Shown here piece after piece: positions 28,001-40,870 of a DNA stretch of 64,000 bases. The notes below the pieces were generated by a model that had not been told where the DNA came from, did no database searches, and worked only from the letters and a program-made list of their open reading frames with translations. A program made the translations under genes and the position numbers. How positions within the stretch are numbered: position 1 is the first letter of the stretch; the number at the start of each line of letters is the position of its first letter. Source of the stretch: Octopus bimaculoides (lineage: Eukaryota); NCBI RefSeq assembly GCF_001194135.2, contig NC_068983.1:79386354-79450353 (forward strand), in the 5' to 3' direction.

Positions 28001-28153
28001 GATTTGCTACTGCTGGCAACAATACATGGATTTAAGCCAGGTATAATTAAACTTATTTAGTAGAGAAACAACAAGGAAATTGAAACAAGTCATAAATTGA
28101 AGCCATTATCTTAACTTTTCCATTTGAAACACATCGTAATATTTCAGACATTT

Positions 28154-28365
28154 AAGGTGGTGAGCTGGTAGAATCATTAGTACACTGGGAAAAATGCTTA
28201 ATGGCAGTTTGTCTGTCTCTATGTTCTGAGTTCAAATTCTGTCAAGGTGAACTTTACCTTTCATCCTTTCAGGATCAATAAAATAAGTACCAGTTGAGTA
28301 CTGGGGTCGATCTACTTGGCTTACTCCTCCCCCAAAATTGCTGGCCTTGTGCCAAAATTTAAGAC
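28154..28365 (+). mobile_element. tRNA-derived SINE, family B
   Basis: AAGGTGGTGAGCTGGTAGAATC (A-box-like), GAGTTCAAATTC (B-box-like), body ...GTACCAGTTGAGTACTGGGGTCGAT...GGCCTTGTGCCAAAATT. Confidence 0.85.
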
Positions 28366-30454
28366 TGATAGTTCAGACATTTGTACTCCATTGTTGCACT
28401 GATTCAATACTATTTATATTGAAACTCATTGGTAAAGTTGGTTGTTTCTCTGAAGATGTTGTGGAAAGTAGAATTCTCTTAAAACTTATTCTCATATTAT
28501 ATTGCTCAGATATTTTTGTATTGAAACATACTTTATGTACCAAATATTTCAGTGGATTTTTATTTTGGTTTCATGCTTAAATTTTGAATGGCTACTAATC
28601 TTTGACTACTTGGTATTTACATATCTGTATCATACTTTCTGTGTATCTATATGGATCTAATTTATGTGGACACCAGTACATTTCAGTTATTGATGAAATG
28701 GAGAGTTGATGTCTTGGGAGATACTAAAGTTTATAGGGTTAGAATTTGAGAGAGCACAATGGATAGATGAGAAATATATGAGAAATAGTCAGAAATAAGA
28801 AACAACCTCTAATACTTCAAGAGATCTTATGATACTTTCTTTTCCTTTTTTCCAAATATAACTCTATTCTCGTAATTCATGAAGATATCTAAAGTGCATG
28901 AAGTAACAGAAATACCAAGTCATATCCTCATATCACCTAGACATATCACATCTCATCGTTATTCTTGTCATATTGATTTCTTTACATGGAAGATATCCTC
29001 AAATACACAAAGTACAAAATGGAAAGTTATAGATTTTAGCTAGTTTCTGAGTAATTATTCTTTCATACAAGAGTAAGATAACCATTTGGAATATTTTCTT
29101 TCATGAAACACCTCTTTTATGCTGCAAACTCAATATTTTTTATGTAACTAAGTACAATATATGATTGAAAGATACCAATATAAAATTATGAGTGCCATCA
29201 ACACTTTGCTGCTATTTATATTGTTAGAAATTATTATATTTTAGGTTATACTGAAAGTTGACAGGTAACCCAGTTGCAGTAAATATTTCCTGTAAGGATA
29301 TATTTTGTAATCTCAATATCAGATATTTCATAAATCAGTGCAGTTCCCCATTTTCTTTTACTTTCCCATTTCTTACTGTGTTTTTCTAAAGCATGAAGCT
29401 TTTAACTATATAGACTGATTCACACATAAACAAACTAACCCAGTTGATACCCAAAATTGGGTTTGACTTACTTGGATTTCCAATAACACTGCACTGTAAA
29501 TCATTACTATGTTGTTAATTTAGAAAAGTATCTAATTTATTTCAATCTGATGTATGACATCATAGAGCTATGTAATGGCAATATTAGTTGTTTTACATTG
29601 CTTTATACTCAAAGGAAATAATAGGTTAACAGATTTCTTTTGTGCTTTTGCACTACTGACCCAACCACAAAAACTTCTAAAGTTGTTTATATTATTAAAA
29701 CTGAAGAAAATGAAAAAAAATAAATAAATAAAAAGGCAAAACAAAAAACCTTAAATCTATTGGAATATCAGGAGTTACTAACATAAAGGATGTTCAAATA
29801 ATATTTTAGTCTTTTGTAACAGAAAATAATACACTATCACAGACCATTGATATTCTAGAGTTATTTTTATTTTTCTGTTGCAATTTTCTTGTAATATGAG
29901 GCACCCCAGGTCTCATTCTTTCTGAACAAAAGATTCTCTTATCTTTGAAAAACACATGTAAAACGTGTAATGCTGACATAAAAGTGGCCTCAAATTTTGG
30001 AACTGATAATTCTTCAGTCATTGCAAACCATGCTTCATAATTAATATAAAATTTCTGTGGATAATCAATTATTTCTTCCTAACTTCCTGCTAGATTACAA
30101 TACAAGCTCATTCATTAAATTGCCTGCTACTCTTGATAGCATTCAATATGACATATAAGTTGAGTTGGGCATCCTTTATCATATCATATTTACAATCAGT
30201 ATCCTTAGTCTTAAACATATCTGTATTGATGTATATACATGCGTGTATGTGTACACACACACACACACATAAATCAAAGTATACAATTCAAAATATGATA
30301 CAGATATTTCTAAACCAAGATGCTTTCTATGCCAGCATGGGTTAGATGGATCATCAATATTCAAATCATTTCTTATTTGGAGTTATAGCTTTCTGAAATG
30401 GGTCAGAGGACAAGATCTTGTTAATGCATTCAACTTGATTTCTATGGCTACATG

Positions 30455-30465
30455 CTCTCTCTCTT

Positions 30466-30525
<60 letters not shown>

Positions 30526-30591
30526 NNNNNNNNNNNNNNNNNNNNNNNNNNNNNNNNNNNNNNNNNNNNNNNNNNNNNNNNNNNNNNNNNN

Positions 30592-30658
<67 letters not shown>
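30455..30658. repeat. (CT)n microsatellite spanning an N gap
   Basis: Directly visible; explains the RE/SL-repeat ORFs in the track. Confidence 0.95.
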
Positions 30659-30661
<3 letters not shown>

Positions 30662-30928
30662 ATGTGTATATATATATATATATGGATAGATAGATAGTGT
30701 GTGTCTGGAGAGAAAGGGAGAGAAATTGACATGGAAACATGTAGCATAAATACATGGAAGGAAAATATATTTGAGTATACAAGTCAAAAGAAAAATATGT
30801 ATATTAAGTATATATAATTCTAACTCAAATAGCCATGCTTTTATACTCACTCTCTTACCCATATGCACAAATACACACATACATGCATAAACACATCTAT
30901 ACATGTCTTTATAGGTAGGTGTTTTTTC

Positions 30929-30975
30929 ACTTCTGTTGAAGGGATATCCCTAGTATCCAAGAAACAGCTGTAAGA
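30929..30975 (+). ncRNA. Decayed type I hammerhead motif (Penelope-like)
   Basis: CTGTTGA (A6 to U) at 30933-30939, stem II GGATA/TATCC with frayed base, GAAA 30961-30964, palindromic stem III CAGCTG, GUA site; stem I weak. Confidence 0.55.
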
Positions 30976-31946
30976 CTAGCTTTCTCTTTATAAATGTCCT
31001 GAAAATTCCACTCAGCCTTGGCTCTGCTGTCTCATTTTATTTGATACTTGTGTATGTGTGTGCATGTGTCTTAAAGACAGAAAATGATTTATTCTTACAT
31101 TGTTTGACATCCAGATTTATATATGAAGTTACATTGAATCATGTTTACTGAAAATGTTCTGCTTGCATCATTAACAATGCAAGGAGGCTATTATATTTTT
31201 CACAAATTGTATAGACTTTATACATTAATACACTGTATTTATTAAAATTCTGCTATAAAAAATAATCACATCATCAAAATTTAGCACATTGTTTCCAATG
31301 TCAAGGAAGATAGAAAAGAATTTACTTTTTCATTGCTTCTCATTTAAACTTAACTATACTGCTAAAATATTCAGATCCTTTAATCTGAGTCTCCTAATTT
31401 TTATAAAATTTGGAAGATATTAAAACATTGGCAATCCAGTATATGAAGTGTACTACGTGAATATTTCAGAAATATAAACTAAATATAAATTTAAATGTGA
31501 AACAATATTTTCTGTCTTCCACACTATATGAATCTATCTACTAACTTCTTGAAGTTATGACATTTAATTTGGAATATTACTAACAACATTCCAAATATAT
31601 ACTGTTTATGAGCAATCAGTGTGTGTGTGTGTGCGTATGCATTTACGTATAAGTGAGTTAGACGATAGAAGTAAGATTGACAATGAAAGGAAAACTAAGT
31701 GTGATAGAACAAACTGTGTTCCTGTACCTCAAACTAATACTCCAGTACAACTTTCATTCTCTCTTATGTCTTGACTCTCTTGACTTATCTCTGCTTTATT
31801 TCAAGGAAATATGAGGACCAGGTGCCTTTGCGCATGCATAAATCAGGTAAAGAATCAGTGTAAAGAATTGGTGCAAAATTTGGTAAAGAATCAGTGAGAA
31901 ATTATAACTTTATACCAAGCCAGATATATACACCTGTGTGTGTGTG

Positions 31947-33216
31947 TTGGGAGGCTGGAAAGTAATGTTGTATTTTCAAACAAATAGTCTGATGTCAGAC
32001 CACAAATAGCCTACAAGCCAATCAGTTAAAGGTGTCCTTGTGATCAACCAATCAGCATGGTGTTAATAACCAAATGTTAATGTGGACATGTACTGTGTGG
32101 GTGTATGCTCTGTCTAATCCATGGAAAAAAAGGATTAGAGTGAGCTGCATATATAGCAGTGCAAGCTATACAAATTTTATAAGGGCAACAGTGCAGCACA
32201 TGCAAGGGAGAATTTACATGTATTGTATATCCTGATAGTGTTTGGAAATGTCAAAGGTTAGTTTAACAAATTCAAAAATGTTGATTTTGATCTTTTGGAT
32301 AGTTGTCAATCAGGAAGACCAACTGTTCTCAGTAATGATGCAATGAAAATATAATTGAATAGGATTTGTATCAAAGTAATGGGAACTAATCCCAGAGGCT
32401 TAATAAACTTTGGTCCTCTGTGCAAGATCATCTTAAGCAGATTAGAAAAGAGTATAAAAAAAAGGGAAATGGGTACCTCATGAGCTGTCTTCAGAGAATG
32501 AAGCAGTGCATTCAACAATTTGCAATAGTTTGCTAATCAAGAATGAACAAATACCTTTGCTTAACTGAATTCTACCAAATGGTAAGAAATGGATTGTCTA
32601 TGCCAAGATTAATTGTAAGAGACAATGGCCATCTTCAAACCAGATCTATACCCAAAGATTTTGCTGTGTGTTTGGTGGAACACAATAACTATTGTTCATT
32701 TTAAATTACTGGAACAAAGGAAAATCATCATTGCAGAACTTTATTGTCAATAACTTGAATATGTCAATCAAATTTTGCTCTAATGAGACAACAGAAAGTC
32801 CTAATCAACAAAAAAGTAGTCAATCTGCAATATGATAATGCAAGACTACATTCAGAGAAGATGACCCAAGAGAAAATAAATTCATTAGGCTGGGAAGTTC
32901 TACTACACTCTCTTTATACACCAGACCTAGCACCTGCAGATTTTCACTTATTCTGGTCACTTGAATACTTTACCAGTGAAAAAGCATTCAGAAGCAGAGA
33001 CAGTGTTGAAATAGTACTCCAAACATTTTTCTCTTCTAAAGAACCTGATTGATTTTTTTTTTCTCTCAAGGAATCAGAAAACTGGCTTTGAGGTTGGAAA
33101 ATGTTATTGCTAATGATGGCGATTATATTTTGAATGAATAAATGTATTTATGATATGTTTTAGGCTGATCTGAATTCATTACATGAAAGGCGACATTACT
33201 TTTTGGCAACCCTAAT
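31947..33216 (+). mobile_element. Near full-length (~1.27 kb) defective mariner transposon
   Basis: KWVPHEL at ~32466, QYDNARLH, LGWEVLLHSLYTPDLAPADFHLF; right TIR CATTACTTTTTGGCAACCCTAAT, diverged left TIR TTGGGAGGCTGGAAAGTAATG. Confidence 0.9.
32783..33052 (+). pseudogene. Mariner DD34D transposase C-terminal remnant
   Basis: Supplied 89-aa ORF contains the HDNA-like and YSPDLAPSD-like motifs; the upstream part is broken by stops and frameshifts, and the first catalytic Asp region reads NGKKWI. Confidence 0.85.
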
Positions 33217-33825
33217 TTGTGTGTGTGTGTGTGTGTGTGTGTGCATGAACACACATGCACACACATTCATGCACACAGACATACTCACTGTTTCATCAAC
33301 ATCATTTTACTCCCACTTTCTGTGATTGCATGGGTTAGGTGGATCATCACAGTCCAAATCATAGGTTATTAGAAAGTTTTGCTCTTTGAGACTGGTGCTT
33401 CTATGCATCATAAGGCTTGGCTTCTAAAGCTGGGTACCCTTCTCATCACCAACCATTTGACAGTGTATTGGATGCATTTTTTTATGATCAACACTAGAAA
33501 GATTGAATTGTCCTTGATGAGAAAGGTTTAATAGAACATCACAACCTGATACCTTCTCATTCATTTGCCAGTCACTTTACAGAGTATACTAGGTGCATTT
33601 TTGTGGCACCAACCTTAAAGAGGTAGCTGTGCTCACCATTCACCTGTGGAGGAAGTGTTGTGATTTCTATTGTAACACTAATTCAGTAAGTAGGGTGTTT
33701 TGTACATAGCAGATGTATTAATTACACAGACACACTCATACAACATACACATATATCACCATATAGCAGAAACAATTACAACTTTGGCTTAACTTTCAAC
33801 CTTTTGTATAGTACATATGCAGAAG

Positions 33826-34230
33826 GTGCAGATATAGCTGCATGGTAAGAATTTCGTTTCTCACCCACATTCTGCCAGGTTTACTCCCTGTGTGATGTCT
33901 ACTATAGCTCTGGACTCACCAAAGACTTGTGAGTGGATTTTGTGAATGGAAATTGAAAGAAACCCATCATGTGTGTGTATTTGTGTCCTCTTGTCTTGAC
34001 ATTATGTGATAGTTGTGAAATTACTGCCACTACCATATTAGCAGTGTCATTCATTTTCATTATTCAGTGAGAACATGTCTGGGGCCAGGGAAATATTACC
34101 TTGCTCTGAAGCAGGTGAGTGTTGGTGGCAGGAAGGGCATCTGGTTGTAAAAAAATGAACCTCAATAAACTCCTTCTGGTTCAGTGATAAATTTGAGTGA
34201 AACAGAGTAGATATTGACATGGCAGTGTAA
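33826..34230 (+). mobile_element. Family A SINE with RTE-type tail
   Basis: Head ...GTGAGTGGATTTTG...GAAAGAAACCC, (TG)n, tail TGTCTTGACATT...GGGAAATATTACCTTG...GGAAGGGCATC. Confidence 0.75.
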
Positions 34231-35009
34231 TAGCTTCTCAATAATAGTTTCCATTCTTGAAAGCATTCTTGTTTATGTAAGTTATGAACATAGAAATTCA
34301 TATTATCAACAAGTTTAAACTGATCTGATAATCATTGCTAAAATTTCAGTTAACTGTATGATAATTAATCATAGAAAAAATTAACAGCTCAGAATCTGTT
34401 GATTAGACATTGAAGTAAAAGTCATGCATTTTAGTTGCTTTGATATGAATTAGAAAGAGAAAAACGTTTATGCAGTATTATTTGGTTAATCTAACACAAA
34501 AGATAAAAGTGGAAATTATTCTGTTAAAATATATTTTTAACTGAAGGATGTGTATCAAATTAGAAATCATAAAATTTTAACGCAGTTAAGAAAAACCAAA
34601 AGAGAGAGAGACAGAGACAGAGAGATGGAATGAATGGCATGTTTCAAATAGATATTTTCAAATATTAAAGAACACTTTTAGCATGTCAGTTTACTTCATA
34701 CTATTCATGACAGATTCCTTATGAAACTCGAAATTTATGCTGATATATCAAATTGGAGGTTAAGAGCAAGATGTTACATGACTGGTTTCTTTTCTTAAAA
34801 TTTTACAGTCAATCACACTGCTATTTGACTCTGACATTATTAAACATCTCATGGTTTTACTGGTGAATTTTGTACCATAATAATACCTTTGCCTCTTCTG
34901 GTATCACCATCTACTTATTTACATTTGTCATATGTCAAAATTATGTAAACACTTTCTGATGCATGTTGTTATTTTCTGTTTTGTTGAAGCTGCATTCAAC
35001 ACATAGTAA

Positions 35010-35310
35010 AGCTTAGTGGTTAGGGTAATGACTTATGATTGTAAAGTCATGAGTTCAATTCCTGGCAGTGCATTGTGTTCTTGAGCAAGACTTTATTTCA
35101 TGTTACTCCCAGTAAAATGAGTTGTACCTATAATTCAAAGTGCTGGCCTAGTCATATTCTGTATCACATTCAATCTCCTTGAGAACTATGTTTAGGGGTA
35201 TGCATGTCTGTGGAATGCTCAGCCACTTGCACGTTAATTTCATCAGCAGGCTATTCTGTTGATTGGATCAAGTGGAATCCTCATTGTCGTAACTGACAGA
35301 GTGCCAGTTG
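35010..35310 (+). mobile_element. tRNA-derived SINE, family C
   Basis: AGCTTAGTGGTTAGGG (A-box-like), GAGTTCAATTCC (B-box-like), then a distinct body ending GACAGAGTGCCAG. Confidence 0.6.
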
Positions 35311-36590
35311 TTGTTCAGTAAAGCAGAAGTTTGTGTTACATCATGTATAAATAAAAATAAATGCGCCTTTTTAAAGCCTAGCCAGGCTCATGGGCCTGGT
35401 TTCCTAGTTTCAATGGCATTTGTGTTCCCCAGCTGGACGGGATGCCAGTCCATCACAGAACATCATGTATATCAATTTCATATTGTTGTTTAGAGTTATG
35501 ATGTGCTCTAAACCTTTTGGCACTATTTGAAATGATTTGATTTTTGTCTGAAATCTTATTCAGTCAATAATCCTTTCTAATAAATATTATTAGTTACAGG
35601 AGTCTGTTGCAACTTATATGACTAACTTGTAGAACTTACTGTTTTATTCCATTGTAATTATTATTAATAAAGCTTGTCATTTTGGAGTTGCTTGCATTTC
35701 TGTAGTAGAATTATTGACAGTCAGACCTTTTTAGGCAACTTTTTTCTAACCCTCCTCATCTCTCCTTCATGCATAAAAATTTCTGCACGTGTGTAAAATA
35801 TAGAGGAAGTCAACTTGTGACTGAGTAAGGCCACTTCCTAAACTCAGTATGTTCATGAAAACACTAATATTTCAAGAGTTTAAGAAGTTCCTGTGCATGA
35901 ATTTGTTTGAGTGGATGAAGTGTTGCACAGTACAGAACCCACTTTTCATGATGTTTTATACTATTATAACACTAGCAGAACAACAAATGTTGAGATGACA
36001 AAATGCACTTCAGGTTTTTTTTTTTTTTTATATGAATTTATCTTCTCCTTGAAGGAAATTCTGATGAGAACTGAGGGTTCTTCACTCCCAGTGGTTTACA
36101 TGCTAATTAATCCATAGCTGGGACCTTAACAGGTGCTACTACTCTGTGTCAGAGTAGACCTCGGAACAACAGTGGCTAAGAAGTGACTCCATACTCCTCA
36201 AAACCCTTGAAATCTTGTGCCAAGACCCCACTACTGGATGCAGTTTAAAGTCATACCTAGGATATGTGTATAATATAAAGACAAAACAATGTGAATGGAA
36301 TTTGAATCCTGTGTCTGCAACAAACAATATAGCTGTGCTCACTTCTGCACTAGAGGTGATATCCCAATTTCAATCATCCAACTTAGAAGATTTAACCTAA
36401 ATAGCTAGGGTTACATATAACAGTGGCCTGTCAATGGGGTTCTCAATCCTCACAGTAACAATGTATATTATGTATATGTAATGTGTGTTGGTATTGTATA
36501 TATATATATATATATTGAGAGAAATGGTAAGACAACAAAAGAATGAAAGAGACCTCAATATTATGTAAATAGAGGAATTTATTTGTAAAT

Positions 36591-36814
36591 ATAATATGTG
36601 ACAATTATTTGGTAGCCATGATAAAACTCCAAGTTTTGGATGACAGGTCATTTTCATAGCATTTTTTTGATGGCCTGATAACTGAAGAGATGCCGGCGTG
36701 AGTTTCTGCCCCGACATCCGAAACTCGGAGTTTTATCATGGCTACCAAANNNNNNNNNNCGACATCCGAAACTCGGAGTTTTATCATGGCTACCAAATAA
36801 TTGTCACATGTTAT
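36591..36814. mobile_element. Small fold-back element with ~52-bp inverted arms containing an HHR
   Basis: 36591-36642 is the reverse complement (3 mismatches) of CATCCGAAAC...TGTCACATGTTAT; 36712-36749 is repeated at 36760-36797 across a 10-N gap. Confidence 0.85.
36671..36744 (+). ncRNA. Type I hammerhead ribozyme, intact core
   Basis: TGGCC-TGATAA-CTGAAGA(36682-36688)-stem II-GAAA(36720-36723)-CTCGGAG-TT|TTATCA-T-GGCTA. Stem I is 6 bp perfect plus 5 bp after a bulge; stem III pseudo-palindromic; GUU site after 36732; stem II has a bulged C next to the closing G-C. Confidence 0.75.
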
Positions 36815-38559
36815 GTGTGTGTGTGTGTGTGTGTGTGTGTTATAGAATAAGTCAGAAAAAATATTGTACCATTACCTGTGAGATTTGTAGTTGCATATAC
36901 TGTAAGCTATACAGCTGTGCTAACCCATTGAAGTGTAATTTGACAATCCAAATTAATAGAAGTAGTCTAAATAGTTAACATTATACATACCAGTAGCATA
37001 TATATATTGTAAAATAATTAGTGGCTAATATTCTTTATTTTCGTTCTGTAGTATATTTAGTGTCCATTCTTCCTAGTTTCATTCATATAGACATAAACAT
37101 TATAGATCATACCATCAATTACTTGTTGATTAATTGTGTGTGTATGTGTTTAGATATTAAAAGCTCACAAACAAATATACACACTCTGAAAACTATATCT
37201 TCTTGAACCATTATTTGAGGCTTTCAAATACACATATATAATTTTAAGAATTTTTTAAAATGTTTTATACTATTATCTTTATTTCTGTGCAAGTTAATGA
37301 TTTATTTAGAGCTATGATAACAGCTGCTCAGTTTTCATTTCCATATAAACTTGCTGAAACACAATACTTATCTATTTTTCACTTTAATTTAAGTTAAAGT
37401 AAAATGTTGATTAACATATAAGTAAATGAAAGAAATCAAGAGATCTAGATGTCCTCAGAGCAATAACAATGTGTTTGAATGCTGTTACTAAGTAATTGAT
37501 GGAAATCTTGGGAAAAGGTAGAAGAAATTTTTGATTTATACAATAGAATCTTGTCTCTTATTGAATGCAGACTGAAATATAGCTATGAAGAATAATTTAA
37601 ATTACATTTTTTGGTATAATTTATATATGAAATTGGTTTAATGTCAATATTGTGATATTAGCAATTTAATTGCATGTCAAGGAAATCATTTCTTAATAAA
37701 GGTAATTTCTAATTAAGAGTTTGATTAACCTCAGGTTGAATGTGATGTAGAATTATGTTAAAATGTCATAGAGAGCTTTCAAATATTTAATAACATCTCT
37801 GACCACCTGCTTATTATCTTAACTCACATTTTCTATGTGAATATAGATTGGATAGCCATACATACACGCACATATATATTTGCACAACACATGTAGCAAA
37901 TATACAAAACACTTTTTGTTTTAAAGTTTATATGTGATTATATTGCCATTAACATGAATTCTATTTTCAATGCAGGATATAGTAGGTCTTTCTTCAGATA
38001 TTTGGCTCTACATCATATTGCAAAATATTAGCGTCAAAGACAACACTTATTTTTCATTCAGGCACTCTGACATTTTATATATAATTATCTCTGTTGAGAT
38101 CAAGGGGTTCATGATTTTATATTCTTCAGAGTTACAATATATATTTGATATTCTTTTTAAATTTCAGAGTGAATCTTTTGCAAATATTACATTGGTTGAA
38201 TAGTTATTATATTTGTGGCGATTCATTTACTTAATTGATCAATATTTGTATTTGTGAATTTATTTCTGTGCTACTTTAAAAAACTGCAGATACTTGAAAA
38301 GCTCTGGCAGACTATACCTTTAATGTGTATTCTACTTTTGCAATGATTAAAAATTGTAGAAGAAACATAAAAATGATATTAAAAGATTAAATAGAATAAA
38401 TCAGATGGTTTGTTTTTCCTTTATTTCTTGTTACAACAATTAGAAGAAGAATAGTAGTCATGATTGTTGCAGATTCTCCAAACCTAACGAAATCAATGTG
38501 GTTTATGTTCTGCTTAAAATTTTGTTAGATAAAATGTAGACAAGAAGGGGATTCTACAG

Positions 38560-39120
38560 GGTTATCGTAGTGGGGAGGAATAAGTAACCGCATTCTTTTA
38601 GGATCTGGGAAAGTGTTGAGACAAAGTAGAGCGGATGAGATGAAAAAAGACAAATGCATCATGTGAGTTTGAGCAGATAAATGCAGATTGCTAGCTTTTG
38701 GAGATGTAGGACATTATAGAACTCAAAGAAAAATCTAAGAGAAGAAACCAGTCAATCCTGGTTGAATATATCTTTGACCAAAGGCATCTCAGAAGTGGTC
38801 ATTTTGTCTTTTGTTCAGAAATGGTTTAGGACAACTACATTTGACATTTTATCATTGCTTTTTTAAGTAGTAGTTTATGATTTAGGCTTGATTTGGCTGC
38901 TACTTCTTGCAGATTGAGAAACTTCATAGAGGCTTTAGTGGTTACAGTATGTTGTCTGAATGAATCATTGCCATTCAGCCAAATGACTTTCTTTTGGATG
39001 TCATCTAAGTCATGAGATTTGTGTGTATTGAAGTAGTGCCATCTCACATGTGAGCTACAATTCAAGGTTAGTTGCACTTGAATTTTGTAGAGAGTCAGCA
39101 ACTGGTCAGGGCTGGAATAT
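38560..39120 (-). mobile_element. LINE ORF2 C-terminus and 3' end (L2/Jockey-group-like)
   Basis: LTLYKIQVQLTLNCSSHVRW...DLDDIQKKVIWL resembles the LYKAQVRP.MEYCSHIW...LDRIQKKAIRL motif. Confidence 0.7.
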
Positions 39121-39341
39121 ATTCTGGCTTTAAAAGAAAACTCTGTGTATTTAGTTAGCTATTGCAACAATATTTTATATGTGAAATGTATTCCCTAGCA
39201 TTTGTTATGACTTAGAATTACTGTTTAGCTTCAGGTTATTTCTGATCAACCATTCTCATCATGAACAGATTATTTTCAGATGTGGCATATCTGGGACTAC
39301 ATTATCCAATATGTCTCTTCTTTTCTTAAAGACATTAGAGT

Positions 39342-39392
<51 letters not shown>

Positions 39393-40289
39393 TGTTTCTA
39401 GCAAGTCATGTTATTATATAAGGGTTACCTTGTTAGCTTTGCATTGTATATTGTTGATGTATAATTAATGTTGTTTCTTATTTCTTTGATATAAGTAGGT
39501 AATGTGTCCTTGTGTTGGGAAAGGAAACAAATCCTCCAAATATCTATGAGAGAACATTCTTTATGAAATTACTGAAGTGTTTTTTTTTTTCGAAGCTACT
39601 ATAAAAAATATGTCTATAGATTTTTAGTGAACCTTGTATGCATAAACAGATGTAAGTACCCTGCTTGTGTGTGTTTGTGTCTGTCAAATTCATACATATA
39701 TCCTGTAGTACATTAAAGCATTTTTCCTCTGCAAAATAGGGATAATGGTGGCCCATTGGAGAAATGGGCCCCATGAGGTAGAGTGACTGCTGCAGTGAGT
39801 GTCACTGGCCACTCTTTACAGCAACACCATTACAGTCATTACTGCGAGGCACTGCCAAGCGCCCCACTTGTTCTAGGATGTTTGGCCCAACACCCCTTAT
39901 TCCTTCAACTCCTGCTGCTTTTACTCCCCCACTCCTCACTTGTTTTTCCCTTTTGTCTTATTTCCTGTTTCTTTGTATTCAAATGTTCTTGTAGCATGAC
40001 ACAAAAATAATATTGTGTATAGAACCAAGATGTATGCATGTATTTCTACATACAATCAAATTAAAAATCTATAAATATATTGTCATATGGTATAACATAC
40101 TTTTTAAGTCATTTTTCATAAAGGCAGGACAGATAGGTCTGACATGAGGTGTCTAAGTGTAGTTAACACATGCATGAAGAACAGAAAGAAATGAGATGGA
40201 TAGGAATGCATTTAATTAGGAGTAACTGTGAGTTGGTCATTAATGTTTAGAGAGAAAAGTATAGGAGAGATAATGAAATTTTATGGTAC

Positions 40290-40870
40290 ATCAGAATCGA
40301 TAAAATGTTAGTCAGAGAGAGCTATTTGACACAAGCAGGATGGGAAGAGTTTGACAGGGAGATTTTGATCCAAGAAACGAGAGATGATGGAGACCATGAA
40401 GTGAAGAATTTGGTTGAGGGGTTCTCACTGTCACAGTTGAAATCTTTGCTGATGTCAAGGCTAACAATATTTCTTTAGCCAAAGTTCTGTAGAGTGAGAG
40501 AGCATTGATGTGTGGTGGGGATGTAGAAAGACAGTAGCCCAGTAGATATGTTTCGAGGGAAACCATACTGGCGGTCACAAATAAATGGGAGAAACTGAAG
40601 TTAAGAGATAGTTTTAATGAATATCATCATATTTGAATTGCTGGAAGTTATTCGTAATAAGTTGTTAATTGCCAGAGTCAGACAGGTTGGTCTTTTCTAG
40701 GATTGGATTCACTGTGGGGTGTTTCCAAAGACTGGCATAGATCTGGGTAGAGGAAGAATCATGGAAGAGTTAAACAATTTTAGTAGTTGGCTGTGAAGTG
40801 TGAAAGCATTGCGTTAGCAAGCTGAAACAATTTTCTTTCTGAGAGTTTACCTTGCAGGCTGGTTTTAATA
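40290..40870 (-). mobile_element. LINE RT N-terminal fragment (same group)
   Basis: IVSLDISKDFN (ALDISKAFD motif), PSSLVSWIK, preceded by degenerate WK..V.P..K and NYRPI regions. Confidence 0.7.

Noticed and set aside
27992-28040. Exon candidate QTCDLLLLATIHGFKP
   Set aside because: Reasonable donor but no polypyrimidine tract at the acceptor; no recognisable homology.
31806-31846. 41-nt exon candidate (ttcaag|...|gtaaag)
   Set aside because: The donor lies in a locally repeated motif (GTAAAGAATCAGTG) in what looks like repeat-derived sequence.
36061-36084. CTGATGA followed by a GAAC/GTTC stem as a hammerhead
   Set aside because: The stem is followed by TTCA, not GAAA; no stem III or stem I.
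36712-36797. 38-bp direct duplication as a genuine tandem HHR array
   Set aside because: The two identical copies sit on either side of a 10-N gap, most likely unmerged contig ends. A collapsed tandem array cannot be excluded without long reads.
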